NCBI GenBank assembly: GCA_038135065.1
Contig: JAYPWI010000013.1
Span: 14,497-78,496 of the forward strand
DNA from: Acidimicrobiales bacterium
GTDB taxonomy: Bacteria > Actinomycetota > Acidimicrobiia > Acidimicrobiales > Poriferisodalaceae
Length of the DNA: 64,000 nt
Reading direction: 5' to 3'
The position numbers and the translations under genes are program-made. Shown here piece by piece: positions 28,575 through 37,398 of the stretch. Position 1 is the first letter of the stretch. Every line of letters begins with the position of its first letter. Below the pieces are notes generated by a model, which saw only the letters and a program-made list of their open reading frames with translations, was not told the DNA's origin and searched no databases.

Positions 28575-29726
28575 ATGGTGGAGGCCGTTCGCAGTCTTGG
28601 ACCGACGATCCTCGCCGCGGCCGACGACATCGAGGCGAACCGGCGCCTGCCTGCTTCCCTGGTGGCCGCCCTCGATGACGCCGGGGCCTATGCAATGTAC
28701 GTGCCGGCGTCAGTCGGGGGAGCCGAGGTCCACCCGCTGACTGCGATGCTGGTCACCGAGGAGCTGGCCCGCCATGATCCGTCGACGGGTTGGTGCGTGC
28801 AGGTGTCGGCTGCGGTGACGTCGTTCCTGGCCTGGATCGACCCGACCGGTCTGGCCCAGCTCGTCGATGCGGTTCCCGCTGTCCGCCTGGCCGGATCGGC
28901 CCGCCCCCTGGGGACTGCGCGTGAAGTGGAGGGGGGTTTCGAAGTCAGCGGTCACTGGAATTACGTGAGCGGGGTACGCGATGCGACGCTCGTGCTGGCG
29001 TCGGCCGTTCTCGAGCCCCGTCAGGGCGACCCTCCGTTGGCTCGATCGATGTTCCTGCCGGTCACCGATGGCACGGTGGTCGCCAACTGGGATGTGATGG
29101 GCATGTGCGGGACGGGGTCGGACGACTTCGTGCTGGACGGGGTGTTCGTGCCCGACGAGCGGGTCGGTTACAAGCGGTGGATCGATCAGCGTGACGAGCC
29201 TCTCTACGACCCACGACTGGCCATGGTCGCGGCCTGGGCACCCACGGTCGGCGTTGCGTGCGGCACGGCCCGAGGGGCCATCGAAGAACTCGTTGCGCTC
29301 GGCGGGAACAGCACCACCATGTCGACCGATGCCCTGCGGGATCGGCCAGCCGTGCAGGACGCAATTGGGGAGGCGCAGGCCCTGGCCGCATCGGCCCGGG
29401 CGTTCGTGGTGGACGCCATCGGCGCAGCGTGGGATGCCCTGGAGCTCGGGGCTGGGGACCTTGGACGGCGCACAGCCGAGGCCCAACTGGCCATCACCCA
29501 TGCGCTTCGCACCGCCGTGACGGTGGCCGATTTGTGCTTCCACGCCGCAGGGACGAGCGCCATCAGCACCGGGTATCGACTGCAGCGCTTCCTGCGGGAC
29601 GCCCATACTGCGGTGCAGCACGCGGCGGGTCACCGGGACCACTTCCGTACGGGTGGGCGGTCCGTGCTGGGCCTCGACGCCGGCGCGATGAACCTCCGGG
29701 TGGGGGATCGTCCGGGTGCGCGCTGA
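28575..29726 (+). CDS. acyl-CoA dehydrogenase-fold protein (possibly a flavin-dependent monooxygenase type)
   Basis: ANRRLPASLVAALDDAGAYAMYVP...GGFEVSGHWNYVSG...RFLRDAHTAVQHA is an ACAD-like three-domain pattern. The start is ATG 28575 or GTG 28542. Confidence 0.75.
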   Translation: MVEAVRSLGPTILAAADDIEANRRLPASLVAALDDAGAYAMYVPASVGGAEVHPLTAMLVTEELARHDPSTGWCVQVSAAVTSFLAWIDPTGLAQLVDAVPAVRLAGSARPLGTAREVEGGFEVSGHWNYVSGVRDATLVLASAVLEPRQGDPPLARSMFLPVTDGTVVANWDVMGMCGTGSDDFVLDGVFVPDERVGYKRWIDQRDEPLYDPRLAMVAAWAPTVGVACGTARGAIEELVALGGNSTTMSTDALRDRPAVQDAIGEAQALAASARAFVVDAIGAAWDALELGAGDLGRRTAEAQLAITHALRTAVTVADLCFHAAGTSAISTGYRLQRFLRDAHTAVQHAAGHRDHFRTGGRSVLGLDAGAMNLRVGDRPGAR

Positions 29727-29738
29727 GTCCATGAGGAC

Positions 29739-30815
29739 TCAGGGGCGGACCTCGTAGTAGAGGTTGGCTGCGTCGTCGAAGTCGTGTTGTTCGAAGCGGC
29801 TGAAGCCGGCGTCAGTCGTCAGCTCCTTGGCTTTCGCCGGGTGCAGACCGAGGGTGCCGAGTCCGAGTCCGCCTGGTTCGCTGACTGCCGACTGCAGGCA
29901 CGAGGTGACGGAGAAGCTGTAGAAGAGGGCGAGCAGGGGGTTGCGGCGGTCCTTGGCGAACTCGCCGGAACTACGAATGTCCTTGATCAACAGGGTGCCG
30001 TCGTCGGCCATGGCCCCCCGGATCGCAGCGAGGGCCAGGTCCGGCCGGGCCATGTCGTGGAGGCAGTCGAAGGTGAGGGCGAGGTCGATGTCGCCGCTCG
30101 GGGGGATATCGGCCGCCCCGGCACAGACGAAGCTCACGTTGGTCAGGCCCTCGGCTGCCGCGTGGTCGACCGCGTTGGCCACCGCGATGGCCGACGGGTC
30201 GTAACCGATGATCGTGCTGGCGGGATAGGCGGCTGCGATCAAGCAGGCAGACACCCCGCTGCCACATCCCACGTCGAGCACTCGCGCACCTGCCTGCAGC
30301 TTGGCATCGACCCCGTCGAGTCCGGGGAGGATGCGCGACGTCAGGGCCTTGCGAGAGAACGGACCCGTCATGCGCGCCAGGCCAGCTGCTGCCTTTGGTC
30401 CCTGCTGTTCGTAGGTGATGCCGATCCCGGTCCGGAACGAGTCGATGACCAGGTCCAGGACGGCTGGTTCGATGCCTCCCCGGAAGGCCCCCAGAGCGAA
30501 TGCCGTCGAATGCTGTTCGTCGGCCAGCACGGCGGCCCCCTCGTCGGAGAGTTCGAAGGCCATCGAATCGTGCACCTCGACAAGGCGGGCCGCCCCCATG
30601 GCCAGGAGCCACTCGTGCAGAAGTCGTTCGTCGAGACCAGTCGTCGCTGCTAGCTCGGCGCTGGTTACCGGGCCTGCGCCTGCCAGCGAGGTGAACAATC
30701 CCAAGCGGTCGCCGATGTGGATGAGGACGGAGATCATCTCGCCCTGCTTGTAGGACCACACAGTGAAGCTGTAGGCGGCCAGGGCGTCGGGATCGAGGGG
30801 TGTCGTGTCGGCCAT
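29739..30815 (-). CDS. class I SAM-dependent methyltransferase with an N-terminal winged-helix-like domain (Rv2258c-like architecture)
   Basis: ARVLDVGCGSGVSA is SAM motif I, and LTFDCLHDMARP follows. It lies 41 nt downstream of the acyltransferase gene on the same strand. Confidence 0.8.
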   Translation of the reverse strand: MADTTPLDPDALAAYSFTVWSYKQGEMISVLIHIGDRLGLFTSLAGAGPVTSAELAATTGLDERLLHEWLLAMGAARLVEVHDSMAFELSDEGAAVLADEQHSTAFALGAFRGGIEPAVLDLVIDSFRTGIGITYEQQGPKAAAGLARMTGPFSRKALTSRILPGLDGVDAKLQAGARVLDVGCGSGVSACLIAAAYPASTIIGYDPSAIAVANAVDHAAAEGLTNVSFVCAGAADIPPSGDIDLALTFDCLHDMARPDLALAAIRGAMADDGTLLIKDIRSSGEFAKDRRNPLLALFYSFSVTSCLQSAVSEPGGLGLGTLGLHPAKAKELTTDAGFSRFEQHDFDDAANLYYEVRP

Positions 30816-30856
30816 GAGCGGACCCTAGTGCCCGCATGAACCCCGCCGGATCGGAA

Positions 30857-31816
30857 TCAGACGTAGGGCCAGCGTCGCTTGGACGTGCCCGAACTCTCCC
30901 TGGGGGCGGTGAGGGCCCAGCGGCGACGCCAGGCCGCGCCGTCCGGTCCGGCGATGCCCGGACTCACCTGGGCATGAGCTCGCTGGCGCGCGGCGAACCA
31001 ATTCCCCGTGGCCGTCTCGTCGGCCAGTGACTCGACGGCCTGCTGCAACCTGCGGGTGAACGTTCGGTTGTTGTCGTCTTCCGTGAAGTGGATGGGGCGG
31101 CCGAAATTGACGACTGACGCAGATCGGGTCGGCCAGTTCCGGCCCTTGCGGAGGATGTTGAACGTGCCCCGGATGTGTACGGGGACCACGGGTACCCCCG
31201 CCTGTTTGGCAAGGAAGGCAGCACCAGGACGGAACTCCTGCCCCCACCCGTCGGGCGAACGGCCACCTTCGGGGTAGATCACCATGCTCCAGCCCCCGCG
31301 CAACAGGTTCACCGCCTTCTCGATGGTGTTGCGGTTGATCGAGGTCCGCTCGATTGGGATAGCGCCGATGAACAGGGCTGACAGGGCAGCCGAGTACTGA
31401 TTGCCGAAGAAGTAGTCGGCAGCCGCTCCGACGACCAGCTTGCTCCGCCAGGGTTCGGGAACCGAGGTGATGATCACCGGTGTGTCGGCGTGGCTCTGGT
31501 GGTTGGCTGCGAAGATCGCCGCCCCCTCGAGGTCGTGGAGACGGTCCAAGCCCCTGATGTCGGGTCGTGCGTAATAGCGCACGATGCCCTTGCCGATGGT
31601 GGCCAGGGCGACCTTGCGGGCCATCCGGGCCGGATAGCGCCTGGCCCAATCGGTGTCGTAATTGGCGCCGACACGACTGGGCAACGGAGACAGCCCCTTG
31701 GGTGTCGGAGCCGCTCGCAGTGGGAACTCGGCCCGCCGGACCACCTTGGTCACCGACGCCTTGGCCCGCTTCGGGCCGAGGTGCCGAATGGCCGGACGAC
31801 GGTTGGGGTCGTTCAC
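30857..31816 (-). CDS. lysophospholipid / 1-acyl-sn-glycerol-3-phosphate acyltransferase (PlsC-like)
   Basis: FAANHQSHADTPV (HX4D motif) and VIYPEGGRSPDG (PEGxR/T motif). The GTG start at 31816 overlaps the upstream stop (GTGA at 31813-31816). Confidence 0.85.
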   Translation of the reverse strand: MNDPNRRPAIRHLGPKRAKASVTKVVRRAEFPLRAAPTPKGLSPLPSRVGANYDTDWARRYPARMARKVALATIGKGIVRYYARPDIRGLDRLHDLEGAAIFAANHQSHADTPVIITSVPEPWRSKLVVGAAADYFFGNQYSAALSALFIGAIPIERTSINRNTIEKAVNLLRGGWSMVIYPEGGRSPDGWGQEFRPGAAFLAKQAGVPVVPVHIRGTFNILRKGRNWPTRSASVVNFGRPIHFTEDDNNRTFTRRLQQAVESLADETATGNWFAARQRAHAQVSPGIAGPDGAAWRRRWALTAPRESSGTSKRRWPYV

Positions 31817-33402
31817 GTGACGTCCGCCATCAGGACCGGCGGGTTGTGGATGTGGGTGATCGTCGGCTGGGTGCCGACAACGTCGACTGCGATTTCCAGG
31901 GCGTCGTTCAGGGTCGATGCGGAGCGGAAGCCGAGGCGCTTCACGGAGCGTGGATCTCCACCCACCACGATCACCTGGCCGAGATGCTCGAGGGCATGGG
32001 CGCACCAGTACCACATGTAGAACGGATGCACGCCGTGGTACGCGTACGACGTGCGATAGAGGTGCCGGTACCACTCGTCTTCGGCGTAGCGGCGCTCATA
32101 GGTCCGTTCGATGACCTCAGGATCGGTGGTATCGGCCAGCACCTCCTCGAAGAAGTCGATGTAGCTGGGGTGATGGACCGGGTGGAACTCCCACGGGGTG
32201 GGGTGGGTCATGATCAACACGCCGCCCTCGCGTACGAGAGGCTTACCGCGGTAGAGGTTGAAGAAGTAGCCCAGGCCGAGGCAGGCCACCAGGATCGGGT
32301 TCATGATCGAGTTGACGTTGTAGGGGCCCAGGTAGGGCAAGCCCATGGTCAGTACGTCGGTCTGTCCCTGGACGGGGACGAGATGCTGGCGGTAGACGTT
32401 CTCGGTGGTGACCTTGTGAACGGCTTCGACCTCGCCTGCCTGGATCGAGGTGAGGCCGTAGGGCGCCCGGATGTTCTGCATCAGGGTGCGTGCCGTGCGG
32501 CGGGGCACGCGATCGAGGAACTTGGTGGTGCCGAGGAGCAACGCCCGGTCGCGGGGCGTCATCTCCCACTCCCGCTTCTGCAGGAAATGCCAGGGTCGGG
32601 GGAAGGTGTCGTTGTTGAGGGTGGTCTCGATCTGGAACACCTTCAGGCCTGCGTCGCGGATCAGCCGACCCTGGCGCCAGTTCTTGGTGTGGAGTTCGCT
32701 CTTCTCCTGGTCCATGAACGAGCGGGAGTGGCGCATCGTGTGCACGTTGTGGTGATGGCGCAGCGCCGTGTAGCCCGACAGGCCGGTGGCCACACTCTTG
32801 TGGCCGCCGTCCATCGACACGAGGTTGATGTTCACGTAGACGACCAAGTCCGACTCCACCGCCCGGGTAGAGATCACCACCTCCTCACCATGATCGGTGG
32901 TGCCCAGATGGGTCAGCCCCTCAGGGTCCTCTGCGTCGAAGTTGTAGAGCTGTCCGTGGGGGGCGAACGCGTCGTACACCCGGTCACCCACCGCATGCCG
33001 GAGCTCGTCTTCGGTCATCCGCCGGTGTAGGGCCAGGGCTGCGATGAGATGGACGTCGTCGACCCCGGCGGCCGCCGCGATGTCGAGGACCTGCTCGATG
33101 ATCCGTCCCCGGATGTCGGGTGCCTGCATCTGCGGAAGGGGCAGAGAGATGTCGTCGAATGCGATGGTGAGCTTCATGCCCGGCTTCATCAGGGCGGGCA
33201 GGGGTTCAGAGTCGCCCAGTGGGTTGTGGAGCGCCTCGTGGATCGCTCGGTCGACGTCGGCGATGGCGTCGAGGGGTTCGTTCGGGTACACGACCCGGCT
33301 TCCCACCGGCAGCTTCTCGAAACGGAAACCCTCCCCGTGGTGGAACAGGATCGGTGGGGTGGAGCGCTCGACGTCGAGGACGAGACCTCTGCGGGTACTC
33401 AT
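31813..33402 (-). CDS. LarA-like (lactate racemase N-terminal / DUF2088) domain protein, ~530 aa
   Basis: MSTRRGLVLDVERS...LTIAFDDISLPLP...VVYVNINLVSMDGGHKSVATGLSGY... GGHKS resembles the LarA SGGxK Lys-tether context (by eye). An ATGA overlap with the upstream gene lies at 33399-33402. Confidence 0.7.
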   Translation of the reverse strand: MSTRRGLVLDVERSTPPILFHHGEGFRFEKLPVGSRVVYPNEPLDAIADVDRAIHEALHNPLGDSEPLPALMKPGMKLTIAFDDISLPLPQMQAPDIRGRIIEQVLDIAAAAGVDDVHLIAALALHRRMTEDELRHAVGDRVYDAFAPHGQLYNFDAEDPEGLTHLGTTDHGEEVVISTRAVESDLVVYVNINLVSMDGGHKSVATGLSGYTALRHHHNVHTMRHSRSFMDQEKSELHTKNWRQGRLIRDAGLKVFQIETTLNNDTFPRPWHFLQKREWEMTPRDRALLLGTTKFLDRVPRRTARTLMQNIRAPYGLTSIQAGEVEAVHKVTTENVYRQHLVPVQGQTDVLTMGLPYLGPYNVNSIMNPILVACLGLGYFFNLYRGKPLVREGGVLIMTHPTPWEFHPVHHPSYIDFFEEVLADTTDPEVIERTYERRYAEDEWYRHLYRTSYAYHGVHPFYMWYWCAHALEHLGQVIVVGGDPRSVKRLGFRSASTLNDALEIAVDVVGTQPTITHIHNPPVLMADVT

Positions 33403-35720
33403 GAATGCATGGCCTTCCGGAGGGGAGGAGCGAGGGGGAGCCGTGGACGTGGCCCGCCGGGCGAGGTGGGCCAGTCTTCTGTGAGCCACCCCCGCTTGTC
33501 GGCGATGGTCACCAGTCTGGTCTCTGGGTTCACGGCGACGGGGTAACCCACGGCCTCGAACATGGGGAGGTCGGAGGCAGAATCGGCGTAGGCCACGCCC
33601 TGGGCTGGGTCGAGCCCGTTGGCGGCTGCCCAGTCGAGCATCAGCTGGGCCCGCACTTCGCCGGTTGGTGGGACGTCGACCATCTCACCGGTCAGTCGCC
33701 CGTTGCGACGGTCGATGCGTGCTGCCACGATGTCGTCGAAGAGGGGACGGAGGGGATGCACGGCGACATCGAGGGCGCCGGTGATCAGCACCGTCTTGTG
33801 ACCTGCGGCCCGGTGGGCACGCACCCGGCGTAGCCCGGCGGGGAACGACTTGGTGAGGATCATATGGCTCAGCATCTCGGCGGCGTCTGCCTCGAGTTGG
33901 TCGATCGGTGCACCCTTATAGCGCTGATAGAAGTAGCGCAGGAAGTCGGTCCTGTCCCGTCGGTCGCGGCGCCACAGTCCGGGGGCTTCGGTCAGGGTTC
34001 GGGCGGCGAAGCGCAGGCGTTGCCCGGTGTCGAGGTGGCGGGTGGCCAGCCAGGCGTAGCTCTCCACGACGTTGGAGGCGATCAGGGTGTTCTCCAGATC
34101 GAAGGCTGCGAAGTGACGCTCGGGATCGAGGACTTGGGCTCGCAGCCGCTCCTGGCGGGTTGGGCCGGTGCGCCGCTCGGGGGTTGTTTTGACTCGGGCC
34201 TGTACGACAACGGTTGGCAGATGGACCTCGGTGATGTAGTGGTGCCAGTCGATCACCCGGGGGTCGAAGCCGAATGCGTCCTGGTCGTCGGCAGGTAGGG
34301 CGTCCCATAGTTCGAGCGTTCGATGTACGCCATAGACGGCCTCGCACTTGCCGTAGGCCCCGTAGATCTGCACATATCCCTGGATCTGTTCGAGGCTGCG
34401 GCGCCGCTCGGCGAGGCGGAGCGTGAAGCTGTTGCGTCCACGGAGGGGAAGCCGATTCACCACCTTGTCGGCCACGTCGAACACCTTGGCGACTCGATCG
34501 AGCTGCTCTTCGAGTCCGACCGAGCCGGCGTACTTCCATTCGGTCGATGCGGTCGGGTGACCGTTGGCGTCGTACACGGGGTGTTCTTCGAACCAGGCCA
34601 TTGCAGTGTCGAGCAGCTGTTTGAACTGCAGGGGGTTCACCGAGCCCGACGCGATCTGGAATACCTCGGGCCGGGGCTGCGGACCTCGAGCCGCGGCCGC
34701 AATGATCGAGGCGGCCACCATGTCCACGGGGATCACATCGATGATGCCCTCGGGGTAGCCGGGGAAGGTGTTGAGCTCCCCTTTCGCAAACGAGACGATC
34801 AGGGGTTCTGCCATGCGGAAGCCCCGGATCCAGCCGGGCGATGGCTCGGCCCAGGCTGACTCGATGATCGAGGGACGAACGACGGTCAGTGGGACGTCAC
34901 CGTGGAGCTCCACGAGGGCGGTTTCGCCGAGGGCCTTGGAGTAGGTGTACACGTCTGGCCAACCCAGCGAACCGGCCCGCGACCGCCCTGCTTCGACCAT
35001 CTGCTGATCGACCCAGGACTGTCGGAGTTGTTCGGTCTTGGCTGCGAGCATGGGGAGGCCGGCAGCACCGAGCTCTTCCCTGGCTCCTTTCCGGAAGACG
35101 TCGAGCTGCTCGGGTGTTCGGCTACGAGCATCGAGATCACCTCGCGTTCGACGAGCCGCCGCCACCTCGGCCCGCCAGTCGACCTGCACTTGGAATGGGG
35201 TACCGGCGAGGAACTCCTCATCGGCCGAGCCGCGTCGGTTTCCGGCCACGTAACAGGTGGATACCGCGACCAGATGGGGGGTGGTGCCCGCCGCATGCAG
35301 TAACTCGAGGATGCGGTTCGGGCCGAGCAGGTTGATTTCGATCGAGGTGTCGAGTGGGCTGTCGAAGCTCACCGTCGCAGCGCTGTGGATGATGGTGTCG
35401 CAGGTAGCGAACGTTGTGGCGTCCTCGGCACTCAGGCCGAGACCATCACGCGACACGTCGCCATCCACGACGGTGATGCGTCGCTCGCAGATCTCGTCGA
35501 ACCGGTCACCCCACTCGGAGCGAAGGCGATCGAAGGCATCGTTGCGCAGGATCTCCCGCTGCACTCTTCGGCGGCCATCGGAACGCCGCCCGGGACGCAC
35601 GAGCAGCACGAGTTCGCAGTCGGGAACAGATCGAAGCAGTCGCTCTACCAGGGCGGTGCCCAGAAAGCCGGTACTGCCGGTGACACCTATGCGGTGCCCG
35701 GCAAGAGCGTCTGCGATCAC
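33399..35720 (-). CDS. fusion protein: fatty acyl-CoA reductase-type SDR (NAD_binding_4-like) plus C-terminal HAD-IB hydrolase domain
   Basis: The N-terminal part has IGVTGSTGFLGTALVERLL (NAD site), YTYSKALGE (YxxxK) and VVRPSII. The C-terminal ~250 aa have AAFDLENTLIASN (a DxDxT variant, D-x-E-x-T), LITGALD and AYADSASDLPMF (HAD motif IV). Confidence 0.8.
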   Translation of the reverse strand: MIADALAGHRIGVTGSTGFLGTALVERLLRSVPDCELVLLVRPGRRSDGRRRVQREILRNDAFDRLRSEWGDRFDEICERRITVVDGDVSRDGLGLSAEDATTFATCDTIIHSAATVSFDSPLDTSIEINLLGPNRILELLHAAGTTPHLVAVSTCYVAGNRRGSADEEFLAGTPFQVQVDWRAEVAAARRTRGDLDARSRTPEQLDVFRKGAREELGAAGLPMLAAKTEQLRQSWVDQQMVEAGRSRAGSLGWPDVYTYSKALGETALVELHGDVPLTVVRPSIIESAWAEPSPGWIRGFRMAEPLIVSFAKGELNTFPGYPEGIIDVIPVDMVAASIIAAAARGPQPRPEVFQIASGSVNPLQFKQLLDTAMAWFEEHPVYDANGHPTASTEWKYAGSVGLEEQLDRVAKVFDVADKVVNRLPLRGRNSFTLRLAERRRSLEQIQGYVQIYGAYGKCEAVYGVHRTLELWDALPADDQDAFGFDPRVIDWHHYITEVHLPTVVVQARVKTTPERRTGPTRQERLRAQVLDPERHFAAFDLENTLIASNVVESYAWLATRHLDTGQRLRFAARTLTEAPGLWRRDRRDRTDFLRYFYQRYKGAPIDQLEADAAEMLSHMILTKSFPAGLRRVRAHRAAGHKTVLITGALDVAVHPLRPLFDDIVAARIDRRNGRLTGEMVDVPPTGEVRAQLMLDWAAANGLDPAQGVAYADSASDLPMFEAVGYPVAVNPETRLVTIADKRGWLTEDWPTSPGGPRPRLPLAPPLRKAMHS

Positions 35721-35743
35721 CTCTTCTGTCTACCACGATCTCC

Positions 35744-35757
35744 TTACCATCTGGTAA
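35744..35757. promoter_or_regulatory. palindromic operator candidate TTACCA-TC-TGGTAA between the reductase operon and the TetR gene
   Basis: A perfect 6+6 inverted repeat in the 69-nt divergent intergenic region (35721-35789). Confidence 0.55.
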
Positions 35758-35789
35758 GTATTCCCGTTGCAGCGAGTACCCTGCGCGTC

Positions 35790-36380
35790 ATGGCCGCTCC
35801 CAAGACCCGAGACCGTGTTGTCGACGCTGCCTTGTGGGCGTTCGGCACCCGGGGGTACGACGGCACCTCTCTCGATGACGTGGCAGGCGAGGTCGGCATC
35901 ACCAAGCAGGCTGTCCTCTACCACTTCCCGACCAAGGAAGAATTGCTGCGCTCGAGCATCGAGGTGGCGGCCGAGGAGGTTGGTGCTGCCCTGGCGCAGG
36001 CACTCCGGTCCGTGCCGCCCGGGTTCGGGCGAGTGGAAGCCATCGTCAAGGCGACCTTCTCCCTCGCTGCCCGGCGCCCAGAGGTGCTCGGTTTGGTGCG
36101 GTCGGTCACCCGCCAGGGCGGGGCGCCCGCTGGTGAGCTGGCGGGCCGGTTGTCGGCCCTGCTCGACGATGCCGTTGCCTTCATGGCGGCAGAGATGGAG
36201 GCTGGTCGCTTCCGGAGTCTGGAACCTCGCATGGTGGTGTTGGCCATCTACTCGTCAGTGATCGGCGTGGCCACCGAGCCCGAGGTCATGAGGGTGCTCG
36301 GCGTCGAACCCGACCTGCGATCCCTGGTCCAGGCCCGGCGCCAGATGATCGAGTTTCTGCGGGCGGCATTGTGTCCGTGA
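35790..36380 (+). CDS. TetR-family transcriptional regulator
   Basis: MAAPKTRDRVVDAALWAFGTRGYDGTSLDDVAGEVGITKQAVLYHFPTKEELL. Confidence 0.9.
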   Translation: MAAPKTRDRVVDAALWAFGTRGYDGTSLDDVAGEVGITKQAVLYHFPTKEELLRSSIEVAAEEVGAALAQALRSVPPGFGRVEAIVKATFSLAARRPEVLGLVRSVTRQGGAPAGELAGRLSALLDDAVAFMAAEMEAGRFRSLEPRMVVLAIYSSVIGVATEPEVMRVLGVEPDLRSLVQARRQMIEFLRAALCP

Positions 36381-36399
36381 ACCCAGCCGACTGCGGTCG

Positions 36400-37398
36400 C
36401 TAGCCCGCTGTGCCGCCCTCGGCACGGTCGGCTCGTTCGTTCAGAAAGTAGATCTCGCAATTGGCGACTGCTCGGCCTCCACAGGAGGCCCCGTAGCGTT
36501 CGTAGATGCTCCCCCGTGGAGCGAAGGCGTAGAGGTCATCGCAGGCCTGAGGGTTGCGCAGCCCGCAGGCCGCCCACAGCTGGTCCAGCAAGTCGTCATC
36601 TCCCGGTGGCGGGTCCTCTGCCCGGATCTCCTCGAGGATGGGCGGTGTGCCGTCATCGCCGAGAAGCTGGCGGCAGTAGGTCGTGGCGCGTCCGCCGCAT
36701 GTCAGCCCGAACTGGTAGTAGTCGGAGTTGCCCGGGGCCGTGAGGAGGAGTTGGTCACACGCTTGTGCACTTCCCGCCGCGCAGCGCTCCCACCACGGAT
36801 CGAGAACGGAATCCTCGCCCGGCGCCGGAGAATCCGGGGTCAGGGCCTCGGGCACGACCGTCTCACCGAGCAGGCTGGAACAGCGCAGGTTGAGGCGTCC
36901 TCCGCAGCTGAAGGCGAACGCTTCGTAGTCCGAGCCGGGGGTCGACACGATCAGCAGCTCGTCGCAGGCCTGTGCCTCCCCGGCGCCGCAGGCCAGCCAC
37001 AGCGCATCGAGATCATCGTCGAGTCCCGGAGGTCGGTCGTCGGGGTCGAAGCGGTCCGGCGCGTCGGCCAGCGTTGCCGGCACCCCCGATGTGTCGATCT
37101 CCTCGGATTCTCCATCCCCGTCATCGGCAGGCTCGAGCAGGCAGATGTCGCGGGCGATGGCAATGTTCTGCGTCTGTTCGGCCGACAGCTCTTCGTCGAG
37201 TTCGTCGACGACTACCTGATAGTCGCGTGCCAGGCGTTCCTCGATGCATGCGGCTTGGGCAGTCGTGAGCTCGTCGTCGCCCGTGGCCCGGCGAACTGCG
37301 CCGTCCGTGTCGATTCCGCTGCACGCGGCTCCGAGGCCGAACAAGGCGATCGCCATTGCCGTCCGCCGCAGCTCGGCGGCTGCGGTTCGCGTCCTCAC
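36400..37398 (-). CDS. lipoprotein with three tandem four-cysteine repeats, function unknown
   Basis: GTG 37398 (a GTGA overlap with the ddl stop) gives VRTRTAAAELRRTAMAIALFGLGAAC SG, a signal peptide with a lipobox-like GAAC. The alternative start is ATG 37359. Confidence 0.7.
   Translation of the reverse strand: MRTRTAAAELRRTAMAIALFGLGAACSGIDTDGAVRRATGDDELTTAQAACIEERLARDYQVVVDELDEELSAEQTQNIAIARDICLLEPADDGDGESEEIDTSGVPATLADAPDRFDPDDRPPGLDDDLDALWLACGAGEAQACDELLIVSTPGSDYEAFAFSCGGRLNLRCSSLLGETVVPEALTPDSPAPGEDSVLDPWWERCAAGSAQACDQLLLTAPGNSDYYQFGLTCGGRATTYCRQLLGDDGTPPILEEIRAEDPPPGDDDLLDQLWAACGLRNPQACDDLYAFAPRGSIYERYGASCGGRAVANCEIYFLNERADRAEGGTAG
36451..37020 (-). repeat. three tandem ~55-65-aa coding repeats (W-x2-C-x3-G-x3-AC-D-x-L ... 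S-x-Y ... CGGR-x4-5-C)
   Basis: The repeats are DDDLDALWLACGAGEAQACDELLIVSTPGSDYEAFAFSCGGRLNLRC, DSVLDPWWERCAAGSAQACDQLLLTAPGNSDYYQFGLTCGGRATTYC and DDLLDQLWAACGLRNPQACDDLYAFAPRGSIYERYGASCGGRAVANC. Confidence 0.8.
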
